A DNA stretch of 29,080 nucleotides from a virus (taxonomy: Duplodnaviria > Caudoviricetes), in IMG/VR virus record IMGVR_UViG_3300029183_000029, positions 1-29,080 of that record; one strand, 5' to 3'. Each line of letters opens with the position of its first letter. Position 1 is the first letter of the stretch. Positions 1 to 8,077 of the stretch are shown piece by piece. A model generated the notes under the pieces. The model made no database searches, was not told the origin of the DNA, and saw nothing but the letters and a program-made list of their open reading frames with translations. The position numbers and the translations under genes are program-made.

Positions 1-17
1 GTTTCCCAGTCACGATC
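1..17 (+). other. SISPA/random-amplification primer tag (library artefact)
   Basis: GTTTCCCAGTCACGATC matches the widely used SISPA primer; its exact reverse complement ends the window. Confidence 0.95.
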
Positions 18-19
18 GG

Positions 20-97
20 GAGTTTGCTATAAATATGCAAACTCACAAAATGGCTGTATCTATAAATACTGAAACCGAAATTCCAAAACATATTTAA
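20..97 (+). CDS. 3' end of a gene truncated by the contig start
   Basis: Open frame EFAINMQTHKMAVSINTETEIPKHI ends in TAA at 95-97, 13 nt before the next ATG. Confidence 0.45.
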   Translation, partial: EFAINMQTHKMAVSINTETEIPKHI

Positions 98-110
98 AAA
101 ACAAAAAGTT

Positions 111-686
111 ATGAATAACAACGAACCTACACCAGACCAGATAGCAAACGCTATAAGCACAGTTGCAGATGCAGCGATTAGATTGAAAGAGGCAGATATT
201 TTAAGTGATGATAATGTAGAAAAAGCCAATGAGGTTTTATCTACTTTATTGGATAAAGCTATGGAGTGCATTCAGAAATGTATGAACTGCGATTGTAATG
301 ATAATCCAGATAACGGAGGTGGAGACGGTGGAGGTCAAAAAGATTATGTTCAAGAGGCTTGGCAACAACTAGGAGAGCAATATGGATTTACAGAAGATTA
401 CTGTGCTAATCTATCTTTATTGCAAGGTATGTCTGGAGAGACAATGAGAGATTTGGTTAAAAATATTCTATACATACAGGATATGAACCCTTCTACTGGG
501 CAGGTTAGTGGAAACTACACTACCCAATTAGAAGAGATTGAAACCAATGCAACAGAGAGCGGAGATTATGATGGTTATTTGTTAGGATACCTTACAGAGG
601 TGTTGAATAACACAATGGGTGGAAATCCATCGGACTGTAACCCTAGCGACCAAAATACTTATACTGAAGCTGACAAAAAAGGGTAA
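111..686 (+). CDS. Hypothetical acidic protein, possibly virion-associated
   Basis: 191-aa ORF with an A-rich leader, a Cys cluster (CIQKCMNCDC) and a Gly linker; no family recognised. Confidence 0.75.
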   Translation: MNNNEPTPDQIANAISTVADAAIRLKEADILSDDNVEKANEVLSTLLDKAMECIQKCMNCDCNDNPDNGGGDGGGQKDYVQEAWQQLGEQYGFTEDYCANLSLLQGMSGETMRDLVKNILYIQDMNPSTGQVSGNYTTQLEEIETNATESGDYDGYLLGYLTEVLNNTMGGNPSDCNPSDQNTYTEADKKG

Positions 687-699
687 TATTTAGTAGAGT

Positions 700-2250
700 A
701 TGCCTAACCAAACGTCATATAATAACAATGCCGTTTCTAGCATTGTGTACTTTAGGGGTCTTAGTACTGACTTAGAGGGAGACTGCTGCTTTAAAGTAGT
801 AGATACTTCTGCGGATTTAGCCAGTATTACAGACCCTAATGAGTTGGATGTTGCTTTTATACAGCAGGGAACTAACGGAGGTGTTGATATTGCTATTTTT
901 CAAAATGGAGAGTGGATAATAAAACCTTTAAAAGGTGCTGATGGAGCAGATGGAGATGACGGTCAAGATGGGCAGGATGGCGCAACTGGTGCAACAGGGG
1001 CGACAGGTTCAACAGGAGCGCAAGGCGCACAAGGACTTCCACCAGAACACCAATGGGATGGTACTAAACTTCAATTTAAAAACCCAGACGGAAGTTGGGG
1101 AACTTTAGTTGATTTACAGGGAGTTACTGGAGCAACTGGAGCGGATGGAGCAGACGGAGCGCAAGGATTACCTCCAAACCACAAGTGGGATGGTACACAG
1201 ATAAGATTTGAATTACCAGACGGCTCTTGGGGAGTTTATGTTGATTTACAAGGTGCGCAAGGTATTCAAGGAGAGCAGGGAGAAAAAGGAGACATACCTA
1301 ACCACGAATGGAACGGAACTGAAATACGTTTTGAATTACCCGATGGTACTTGGAGTTCTTGGACAGACCTAAAAGGAGAAATGGGAGAGGCAGGAGAAGA
1401 TGGTCTCCCACCAGAACACGAGATTGATGGTTGTAAGATTAGATTTAGGCAACCAGATGGAGAGTGGGGAGAGTGGTTAGAGCCTTGCGAAAAACCGTTT
1501 GATGGAACAGACCCAAAATGTTTAGCAGACCAAGAAACGTGGGATGCTATGAGTGGTAATGATAAGTTGCAAACTATCATTGATAAAATATGTCAAGATA
1601 CTAGTGGTGTATTACAGAGATACATTGATACTATGAACCTTGATATTGAATGGGGAAAAGGAGAAGGTGTAACAACGGCAGGTTGGGAAAGAACTACAAA
1701 CGATGGTGTAAAGGTTAAGATGTTACGAGTAACTATTAGCGACTATGACACCATTAAGGATTTAGAGCCTAAATTGATAGTTGAGCGTTATAGATTTGCT
1801 CAAAGAAAAGGAGACAACTATAATACTACGGCTATTGAATATAGGTCAGCAGGATGGAAGTTTGATACAGAGTGGGGAAATGAGGCTGAATACGGGGGTA
1901 CTTCAAAATATAGACCTAATGTAATTGATATTCCTTCTGGACAATTTATGCTTGATTTAGTTCCAGAAAATTATTTTTGTCCTTACACAGCCAATCCTTA
2001 TGGTTCTAACTTGTTTCCAGTTCCTAGAGGTACAGGAGGAAAGCATTTTAGAGATAATGAAGCGTATGGATTAGGTTTTGTTTATTTGAGATTTAAACTA
2101 CAAATCAAGGTTGGAGACGACCCAGATTTAGCAGAGATATTAACTAGCAGAAGTTTATTAACTTTTAAAGTCAAGGCAGGATTGTATATGAAGAAAGATA
2201 CACACCCAGACGATGGTGGAGACTTCATATCATATTCGCTTGATAGCTAG
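700..2250 (+). CDS. Collagen-like (Gly-X-Y) fibre protein with repeated knob modules and an uncharacterised C-terminal domain
   Basis: GXY tract GADGADGDDGQDGQDGATGATGATGSTGAQGAQG, followed by four modules resembling PxHxWxGxxIRFxxPDGxW separated by short GXY runs. Confidence 0.85.
   Translation: MPNQTSYNNNAVSSIVYFRGLSTDLEGDCCFKVVDTSADLASITDPNELDVAFIQQGTNGGVDIAIFQNGEWIIKPLKGADGADGDDGQDGQDGATGATGATGSTGAQGAQGLPPEHQWDGTKLQFKNPDGSWGTLVDLQGVTGATGADGADGAQGLPPNHKWDGTQIRFELPDGSWGVYVDLQGAQGIQGEQGEKGDIPNHEWNGTEIRFELPDGTWSSWTDLKGEMGEAGEDGLPPEHEIDGCKIRFRQPDGEWGEWLEPCEKPFDGTDPKCLADQETWDAMSGNDKLQTIIDKICQDTSGVLQRYIDTMNLDIEWGKGEGVTTAGWERTTNDGVKVKMLRVTISDYDTIKDLEPKLIVERYRFAQRKGDNYNTTAIEYRSAGWKFDTEWGNEAEYGGTSKYRPNVIDIPSGQFMLDLVPENYFCPYTANPYGSNLFPVPRGTGGKHFRDNEAYGLGFVYLRFKLQIKVGDDPDLAEILTSRSLLTFKVKAGLYMKKDTHPDDGGDFISYSLDS
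934..1488 (+). repeat. Collagen triplets plus four ~30-aa tandem modules
   Basis: Modules start near 1033 (GLPPEHQWDGTKLQFKNPDGSWG), 1165 (GLPPNHKWDGTQIRFELPDGSWG), 1288 (GDIPNHEWNGTEIRFELPDGTWS) and 1402 (GLPPEHEIDGCKIRFRQPDGEWG). Confidence 0.9.
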
Positions 2251-2253
2251 AAA

Positions 2254-2373
2254 GATTATGGGAGTCTAACTCGGTTCTAGTATTAGAAGTGGATTTTATG
2301 GTCGCCCCTACGTGAGACCAAATTGACAGCCGTAGAGCGTTTTTTGGGAAGTTGAAAAATACTTCCCAGAGAA
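2254..2373 (+). ncRNA. Candidate structured RNA (three consecutive helices, family unknown)
   Basis: Hand-folded. Helix 1 is 2254-2268/2290-2303 (14 pairs, 6 G-U), capped by UUCUA-GUAU-UAGAA. Helix 2 is 2303-2312/2331-2339. Helix 3 is 2340-2352/2361-2373 (13 pairs, 2 G-U). Confidence 0.5.
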
Positions 2374-2409
2374 TAGCTTAAAAACAAAAAAAAAGAAATT
2401 ACGCCAAAG

Positions 2410-2550
2410 ATGGAAGAGACTATAAATGAACTGTATAACAAATATTTAGAGAAAGGCTTGGAGATGGAGTACGAAGAGTTTGAAGCCGATATGATGAATT
2501 TAATTGAGAAAGGTAAACTAGTAGGTAAGCGACCAGATGACAGAAAGTAA
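2410..2550 (+). CDS. Small acidic hypothetical protein (46 aa; not in ORF track)
   Basis: MEETINELYNKYLEKGLEMEYEEFEADMMNLIEKGKLVGKRPDDRK; A-rich leader; its TAA lies 4 nt before the ATG at 2555. Confidence 0.7.
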   Translation: MEETINELYNKYLEKGLEMEYEEFEADMMNLIEKGKLVGKRPDDRK

Positions 2551-2554
2551 TACT

Positions 2555-3031
2555 ATGCAAAATACACAGAATAGTTTTAAGGTATGGGGGAGCAAACTTA
2601 AATCTGTTATTACTTCCAATATTAAAGGAGGTGTGAGTAGATTGTATAGGTATGTTTTAGCAAACATCAAAGTCGCTTTTAGGTGTTTAAAGAGAGAAGT
2701 ATTAGAGTTATTGAATGCTAGTCAGAAGGTAAAATTTCAAGGAGCAATACTGGCTGTATTACTAATAACTTTTTTAGGCTGGTCTAAATTAAGCAGTTGG
2801 GGAATACCAAATGTCTTTCATATAGGACAAGCCTTTGCTTGGGTATTAGTTGGTGTATATTTTTACAGAGATAGTAAGAATTTCTTTTCTGGAGTGTTTG
2901 TTGCACTTTCAGTAAGTAACTTACTGGATGAGTTGTTTTTTGACCCAACCACATTCTCTGTTAATGAGGGTATTTTTGTAATTATATCACTAATTTTATT
3001 ATATAAATATGGGCATAAGCAACAACAATGA
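2555..3031 (+). CDS. Multi-pass membrane protein of the lysis cassette
   Basis: 3-4 hydrophobic segments and an NLLDELFFDP motif; directly upstream of the holin and endolysin. Start moved from 2537 to 2555 to follow the 46-aa ORF. Confidence 0.75.
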   Translation: MQNTQNSFKVWGSKLKSVITSNIKGGVSRLYRYVLANIKVAFRCLKREVLELLNASQKVKFQGAILAVLLITFLGWSKLSSWGIPNVFHIGQAFAWVLVGVYFYRDSKNFFSGVFVALSVSNLLDELFFDPTTFSVNEGIFVIISLILLYKYGHKQQQ

Positions 3032-3389
3032 TATTATGAACCAAGTATGGGAATTTTTAGTGAAGTTCATATCCATACCTGCTTTAGTGGCAGTAGGTGC
3101 AAAGATAGCGGTGCAAATAAAGCGTAAGAAAGCTACTTGGGTAAATAGTTTTATATCTATTTGCGTAGCATTGTTTGTCGCCTATTTGACAACTCCGTAT
3201 ATTGTAGATACACTACCTAAAAACCTACACGGTGCTGTTATTGGTTTAGTAGCCATAGTATCAGAACACTTTATTGAGTATGTAGTTTTTGAATTTAAGA
3301 TAGGTGTCTATATTGAGAAACTACTAGATATAGTGTTGGGTAAATTCAAAGGTGGAGATGCCGAAGGAGAGGAAGAAAATTTAGAATAA
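3009..3389 (+). CDS. Putative holin
   Basis: About 3 hydrophobic helices, a basic loop (KRKK) and a charged C-terminal tail; immediately upstream of the endolysin; alternative start at 3036. Confidence 0.7.
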   Translation: MGISNNNDIMNQVWEFLVKFISIPALVAVGAKIAVQIKRKKATWVNSFISICVALFVAYLTTPYIVDTLPKNLHGAVIGLVAIVSEHFIEYVVFEFKIGVYIEKLLDIVLGKFKGGDAEGEEENLE

Positions 3390-3399
3390 ACTTAAAATA

Positions 3400-3996
3400 A
3401 TGGGAAGAACAGTAATATTAGATGCAGGACACGGAGGAATGATTGGAGGAACTTATCAGACAGCAGGTAAGAGAAGTCCTAAATGGAGCAAAGGAGTACT
3501 TTATGAAGGTATGTTTAATCGTTGGGTAGTTAATAGAGTTATTGAAGCCTTAGACCGAGAAAATATACCATACTATCATATAAGCCCAGAGTTGAAGGAT
3601 ACAAGCCTATCGGCAAGAGCAAACAGAGCAGATGCTATCTACGCAAAAGATAAGAATGTTTGGGTTTTATCTGTACACGCTAACGCAGGAGGTGGAGAAG
3701 GTGTTGAGGGTTTTACTACTAAAGGAGTAACTAAGTCTGATGGACTTGGAGAAATAGTATTGAGAAACCTAGAAACTGACTTAGCCGACCAAAAAATGAG
3801 ATTTGATACTTCTGATGGAGATAGGGATAAGGAAAGTAACTTCTATATTTTGAGAATGCCTAAATGCCCTGCATTTTTACTAGAGTGCGGATTTATGGAT
3901 AATAAGGCAGATTATGCTAACTTATGGGATGAAGAATACTTAAATAAACTAGTAAAATCTCTAGTTAAAAGTATTAAGCAAATTTACAACGGATGA
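3400..3996 (+). CDS. Endolysin, N-acetylmuramoyl-L-alanine amidase (Amidase_3 type)
   Basis: Zn-amidase motifs ILDAGHGG, YEG, LSVHANA and FLLECGFMDN; catalytic domain only. Confidence 0.95.
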   Translation: MGRTVILDAGHGGMIGGTYQTAGKRSPKWSKGVLYEGMFNRWVVNRVIEALDRENIPYYHISPELKDTSLSARANRADAIYAKDKNVWVLSVHANAGGGEGVEGFTTKGVTKSDGLGEIVLRNLETDLADQKMRFDTSDGDRDKESNFYILRMPKCPAFLLECGFMDNKADYANLWDEEYLNKLVKSLVKSIKQIYNG

Positions 3997-4073
3997 AGAG
4001 CGGATACGGAAAGAAGTCGTGCAAGGGAAGAAAGACCTCCACGAAGGGTAAGAAAAAGAAGAAAAAGAGATAG
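3993..4073 (+). CDS. Tiny, highly basic peptide (26 aa; not in ORF track)
   Basis: MKSGYGKKSCKGRKTSTKGKKKKKKR; ATGA overlap with the endolysin stop; ends 7 nt before the next ATG, filling the gap. Confidence 0.6.
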   Translation: MKSGYGKKSCKGRKTSTKGKKKKKKR

Positions 4074-4080
4074 AGGCTAA

Positions 4081-4824
4081 ATGGCAGGTACTATTACCAT
4101 AGAAACAAACGAAAAGGTTTGCCACGACTATTTTATAGCGTGGCTTAATGCGTTATTGGGAGACTATAAAAGTTCTTTCTATGATGAGGCAGTTAGCAAC
4201 ATTATAAAAGTATCATTTATTAAAACTCACTACTCATATCTACAAGAACTTTTCCAGAGTGATGGAAAAACCCTAGCTTGTTTTATGACAGTACTACCTA
4301 CTGATACCACAAACCCTATACTGATGGTTCATTCTTTAGGTAGTGGTGTTCCAACCCTCTATGACAAAGATGATAATGCTAATTTGTTTGAGTTTGATAG
4401 TGAGGGAAAGTTAATACGTTTTTTTGAGAATGTAACTGTTACTCTTAAAGACGTAAATGATAATGACTTTGCAGAATGTTATGTAGTATTTGAAGATTTA
4501 TTCGGGATTAAATGCCCAATGATTTATATTAAAGAAATAGGAACAAATGCCCTTATAGGTAAGGGTTTGGTTGATGTAGATTACGAAGATAGATATAGTG
4601 GGAGTTATATGGTAAAGAATGCCCCACTAGACGAATTACCAAAATTTTCTGTAACCAATATCACAAAAGCAGTTATTACCGCAGATATACCAATCCTTAC
4701 AGATTTAAACTTACGTTATGAGATTAAGTCTGGGCATACTATTTTTATACCTGTAACGGAGTGGACAGAGTACTACTTCAAGCAGGGAAAAGATTTAGAT
4801 GCTTTAAAGGTTAAAAAGGTATGA
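4081..4824 (+). CDS. Hypothetical protein upstream of terminase
   Basis: 247-aa ORF with an ATGA overlap with the terminase gene; no motif recognised. Confidence 0.8.
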   Translation: MAGTITIETNEKVCHDYFIAWLNALLGDYKSSFYDEAVSNIIKVSFIKTHYSYLQELFQSDGKTLACFMTVLPTDTTNPILMVHSLGSGVPTLYDKDDNANLFEFDSEGKLIRFFENVTVTLKDVNDNDFAECYVVFEDLFGIKCPMIYIKEIGTNALIGKGLVDVDYEDRYSGSYMVKNAPLDELPKFSVTNITKAVITADIPILTDLNLRYEIKSGHTIFIPVTEWTEYYFKQGKDLDALKVKKV

Positions 4825-6491
4825 GTGGTAACAAGGCGTATGAGAACAATAACAGCTTTTCGTTTCAAGGTACTCCAGACGATAAGATTGATGTAGAACA
4901 GGAAGTTAATGACACTACCTCTGGTGTTAAGTATGACCCATATAAATTAGCTAATGTACTTGTAGCTATTGGGCAAAGAATGATAGGAGTTAAGCTATAT
5001 TCCTATCAAGAACCAACAGTTTTCAGAATTATATATTCAATACTTGCAAGAGATGGCGCAGAGATAACAGCATTATTTGCTAGACAATCTGGAAAGTCTG
5101 AAATTGTAGTATTCTGTGTAGTTACTTTGGGAGTACTATTACCAGTATTGTCTAAAATATATCCTAAAGAGTTAGGGCATTTTTCTAGCGGAATTAAGAT
5201 GGGATTACTTGCACCACAAGGAGAGCAGGTTGAAACTATTTATAAAAGGTGTATGGAAAGGCTTTTATCTGACCCAGTTAAAATGTTTTTAGATGACCCA
5301 GATATTTTAGATGCACCACTATCGCAGGTAAACTTTAAATTGAAGTCTGGAAGTTTCCTTACAGGACAATCGGCAGCGAAACAGTCAAAAATTGAAAGTA
5401 AGACGTACCACATAGTTTTCTTGGATGAAAGTCAAGATATGGATACAGAGAAAGTGCGTAGGTCTATTATACCTATGACTGCATCTACTTTCGGTACTAT
5501 ATTTCGTTCTGGAACTCCTAGTAGGAATAAGGGAGATTTTTACTACACTATCCAAAACAATAAAAAGAGCGACAAAAAGCTGAAGAGCGGTAAACTGAAG
5601 AAAACAAAACAACTTCATTTTGAATACGATTACAAGAAGGTAATTGCTAGTAAGAAGGAGATGTACCGTACTGACAAAAAAGACTTCCATACTTTATACG
5701 AAAAAGCAGTTACCAGAGATAAAAAGTCAATGGGAGAAAACTCTGACTATTTCCGAATGGCATATAAAATTGAGTGGTTACTTGATATTGGTATGTTCAT
5801 TAGTGAGGAGAATTTAGAAAGACATTGCTACAATAAGAAAATTATATTCCCTACGATTAAGAAAGAGGATTTTGTTGTTGCAGGTTTAGATATTGCTTCT
5901 GCAAGAGCGGAGACTGTACTTACTTATGGTGTTGTAGATTTTCCTGCTTCTGATTTCGGAGAACGCCCAAAGAAAACTATATCTGGATGGCTTACTATGC
6001 AGGGAGTTAATTATGAGGAACAGTTCCACGTAATAGTAGAGAACTTGATGGCGAATAATGTGAAAGTATTGTATGCTGATTATACTGGAGTAGGTAGAGC
6101 CTTAACTGATATACTTATATACCATCTATCGGAATACATTGATATAGTGCCTTATACTTTTACACCTTCTTCAAAATCTGATATGTGGAAGGCTTTGGAT
6201 GAAGATATTGTAAATAGTAGGTTGGTAGTTCCTGCTCACAAAACTGTGAGAGATAAAAAGGAGTTTAGAAAGTTTGAAGAGCAGATGGTAAACCTAACTA
6301 AATACTGGAGAGGAAGTTTTATGGTTTGTGAGAAGATAAGCGGATATAATGATGATTATTGTGATAGTTTAGGTTTAATGAATTTAGCAGGAAACCACCT
6401 ATATACACCACCAAATGAGATGGAGATAACAGATAATAATTTAGTGAATACTAACTACCGTTCATCTATGGTTGATAGAAGTAGATGGTAA
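4821..6491 (+). CDS. terL: Terminase large subunit
   Basis: Walker A ARQSGKS, Walker B IVFLDE, motif SGTP, and nuclease-domain motifs AGLDIA, DYTGVG and DDYCDS; precedes the portal. Confidence 0.95.
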   Translation: MSGNKAYENNNSFSFQGTPDDKIDVEQEVNDTTSGVKYDPYKLANVLVAIGQRMIGVKLYSYQEPTVFRIIYSILARDGAEITALFARQSGKSEIVVFCVVTLGVLLPVLSKIYPKELGHFSSGIKMGLLAPQGEQVETIYKRCMERLLSDPVKMFLDDPDILDAPLSQVNFKLKSGSFLTGQSAAKQSKIESKTYHIVFLDESQDMDTEKVRRSIIPMTASTFGTIFRSGTPSRNKGDFYYTIQNNKKSDKKLKSGKLKKTKQLHFEYDYKKVIASKKEMYRTDKKDFHTLYEKAVTRDKKSMGENSDYFRMAYKIEWLLDIGMFISEENLERHCYNKKIIFPTIKKEDFVVAGLDIASARAETVLTYGVVDFPASDFGERPKKTISGWLTMQGVNYEEQFHVIVENLMANNVKVLYADYTGVGRALTDILIYHLSEYIDIVPYTFTPSSKSDMWKALDEDIVNSRLVVPAHKTVRDKKEFRKFEEQMVNLTKYWRGSFMVCEKISGYNDDYCDSLGLMNLAGNHLYTPPNEMEITDNNLVNTNYRSSMVDRSRW

Positions 6492-6507
6492 ACACAGTAA
6501 AATTTAA

Positions 6508-6515
6508 TACCTTTG
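6508..6515 (+). promoter_or_regulatory. Bacteroidota-type -7 promoter box
   Basis: TACCTTTG matches TAnnTTTG; intergenic, ending 4 nt before the portal ATG. Confidence 0.55.
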
Positions 6516-6519
6516 TGAT

Positions 6520-7986
6520 ATGTTCGGAAAAGACAAAACCCAATTAGCAAACTATACTGGCAAGAATACCTCTGGTACTTCTATGTTACAGAACACTATT
6601 CGGGCTAAAGTTTATTCTGGAGATAGTGTTATTGAAAACAAATTGACAAACTGCCAACTATACTGGAAGTTCTATAATAACAACCATTGGGCAAAGAATA
6701 ATGATAAATTACTTTCATTCAACTATGTGAGAGCCATAATTGATAAGGTAAATAATTTTATTATTGGAAAAGCAGGTTTTGAGGTAAACATTTCTGATAC
6801 TTATGGAGATGAAATTTCTGAAGATTTAGAGACTGTTTATGAAGCACTAATAAATTACAACTGGAAACAGAACAAGAAAAAAACCCTTCTCCAGAAGATT
6901 TTGCAAATGGGAAGTATTTGTGGAGACGTATATGTTTTCTTACTACCGAACACCACTAAAGGTTATGTAGAGTATGTTTTACTGGATAGTAGAACTACTA
7001 TACCTATGTTTAATAACGGAGACTATAATGATATTATAGGTTATAAGGTTGTTAAAATATTAGGTCAAAACGATAAAGAGTACATTCAGAAAGTTACTGA
7101 ATACACGAAAGGAAAAACCAAAACTTATTATATAAAGGAGACTGGACAGGATGCTGATAAGTTTGAAGTAGAAGAAAAAGAAAATGATTATGACTTCATT
7201 CCAATAGTTCACATAGAGAATATACCGATGTCTGATAGTTACGGAGGTAAATCGGATATGGAAGATATTGTTAATATTAACAAGATTTTCAACGAGATGG
7301 CAGAGGATGTGAAAATGATTATTGATTATTATGCACAACCCACTACTGTTATTACTGGTGGAACTGTTGGACAGTTGAAAAGAGGACTTAATGAAATTTG
7401 GAGTGGACTTCCTGCTGATGCTAGTGTTTTTAATTTAGCACTAGGGGAGGATTTGAGTGCCTCTACTAACTTTTTGAAGATACTAAAAGATGCTATGCAC
7501 GACTTATCTGGAGTTCCAGAAGAAGTATTAAGTAAAGTACAACATATATCTAATACTAGCGCAGCAGCGTTACAGATGCTATACCAACCAATTATACAGG
7601 TAGCAGATAAGAAGAGTGTTTCTTATTCTGAAGGTATTGAGGAGATAAATAGAATGACTTGCATAATCTACGCACAAAATATAAGTAGCCACCCATTATT
7701 TGCTAAACTACCAGAAGAAGCAAAAGATAAACCTAAATCTTATTTTTTAAGAAACAAGGCAGAACCAGTTTGGAAATACAACTTACCTAACGATAGGTTG
7801 AGTATGCTTAATGAGGCTACTATTGAGTTAGACCAGAGATTAGGTTCACGTAGAGAGATTATGGAGAGGCTTGGTAAAAAGAATATTCCAAAGATACTTT
7901 CAGAGATTGAGAGTGATACTGCGGAGAAAATTGATATTGAGAGTAAGATAGGTTCTAAGAAGGAAGAACCTAAAGAAGTAGTATAA
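6520..7986 (+). CDS. Portal protein (SPP1 gp6-like)
   Basis: 488 aa, follows terL; motifs NYVRAIIDKVNNF, FIPIVHIEN, YGGKSD, LSGVPE and NTSAAAL resemble this portal family. Confidence 0.9.
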   Translation: MFGKDKTQLANYTGKNTSGTSMLQNTIRAKVYSGDSVIENKLTNCQLYWKFYNNNHWAKNNDKLLSFNYVRAIIDKVNNFIIGKAGFEVNISDTYGDEISEDLETVYEALINYNWKQNKKKTLLQKILQMGSICGDVYVFLLPNTTKGYVEYVLLDSRTTIPMFNNGDYNDIIGYKVVKILGQNDKEYIQKVTEYTKGKTKTYYIKETGQDADKFEVEEKENDYDFIPIVHIENIPMSDSYGGKSDMEDIVNINKIFNEMAEDVKMIIDYYAQPTTVITGGTVGQLKRGLNEIWSGLPADASVFNLALGEDLSASTNFLKILKDAMHDLSGVPEEVLSKVQHISNTSAAALQMLYQPIIQVADKKSVSYSEGIEEINRMTCIIYAQNISSHPLFAKLPEEAKDKPKSYFLRNKAEPVWKYNLPNDRLSMLNEATIELDQRLGSRREIMERLGKKNIPKILSEIESDTAEKIDIESKIGSKKEEPKEVV

Positions 7987-8031
7987 TTTGAATGAAATTA
8001 AATAACTATTTTTAGTTTCTAAAATTTATAC

Positions 8032-8039
8032 TATATTTG
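8032..8039 (+). promoter_or_regulatory. Bacteroidota-type -7 promoter box
   Basis: TATATTTG(C) in the AT-rich gap before the head genes. Confidence 0.7.
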
Positions 8040-8077
8040 CACAGTACACAAAAACTTAAAATAAAATTGTAAACGTT

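Noticed and set aside
2270-2295. preQ1-I riboswitch (GGTTCTAG)
   Set aside because: No proper closing P1 stem or A-rich tail, and no queuosine-related gene downstream.
2300-2339. REP element (GGTCGCCCCTAC resembles GTAG-type REPs)
   Set aside because: Single copy with no RAYT/IS200 transposase in the window; better explained as part of the larger fold, though not excluded.
2248-2354. TAG recoding or readthrough extending ORF 700
   Set aside because: Three in-frame TAGs occur close together, but all genes are intact under the standard code and TAG ends other genes cleanly (9185, 13639).
3009-3038. Lambda-style dual-start holin/antiholin
   Set aside because: Two Met codons exist, but the extension (MGISNNNDI) lacks the positive charge typical of that mechanism.
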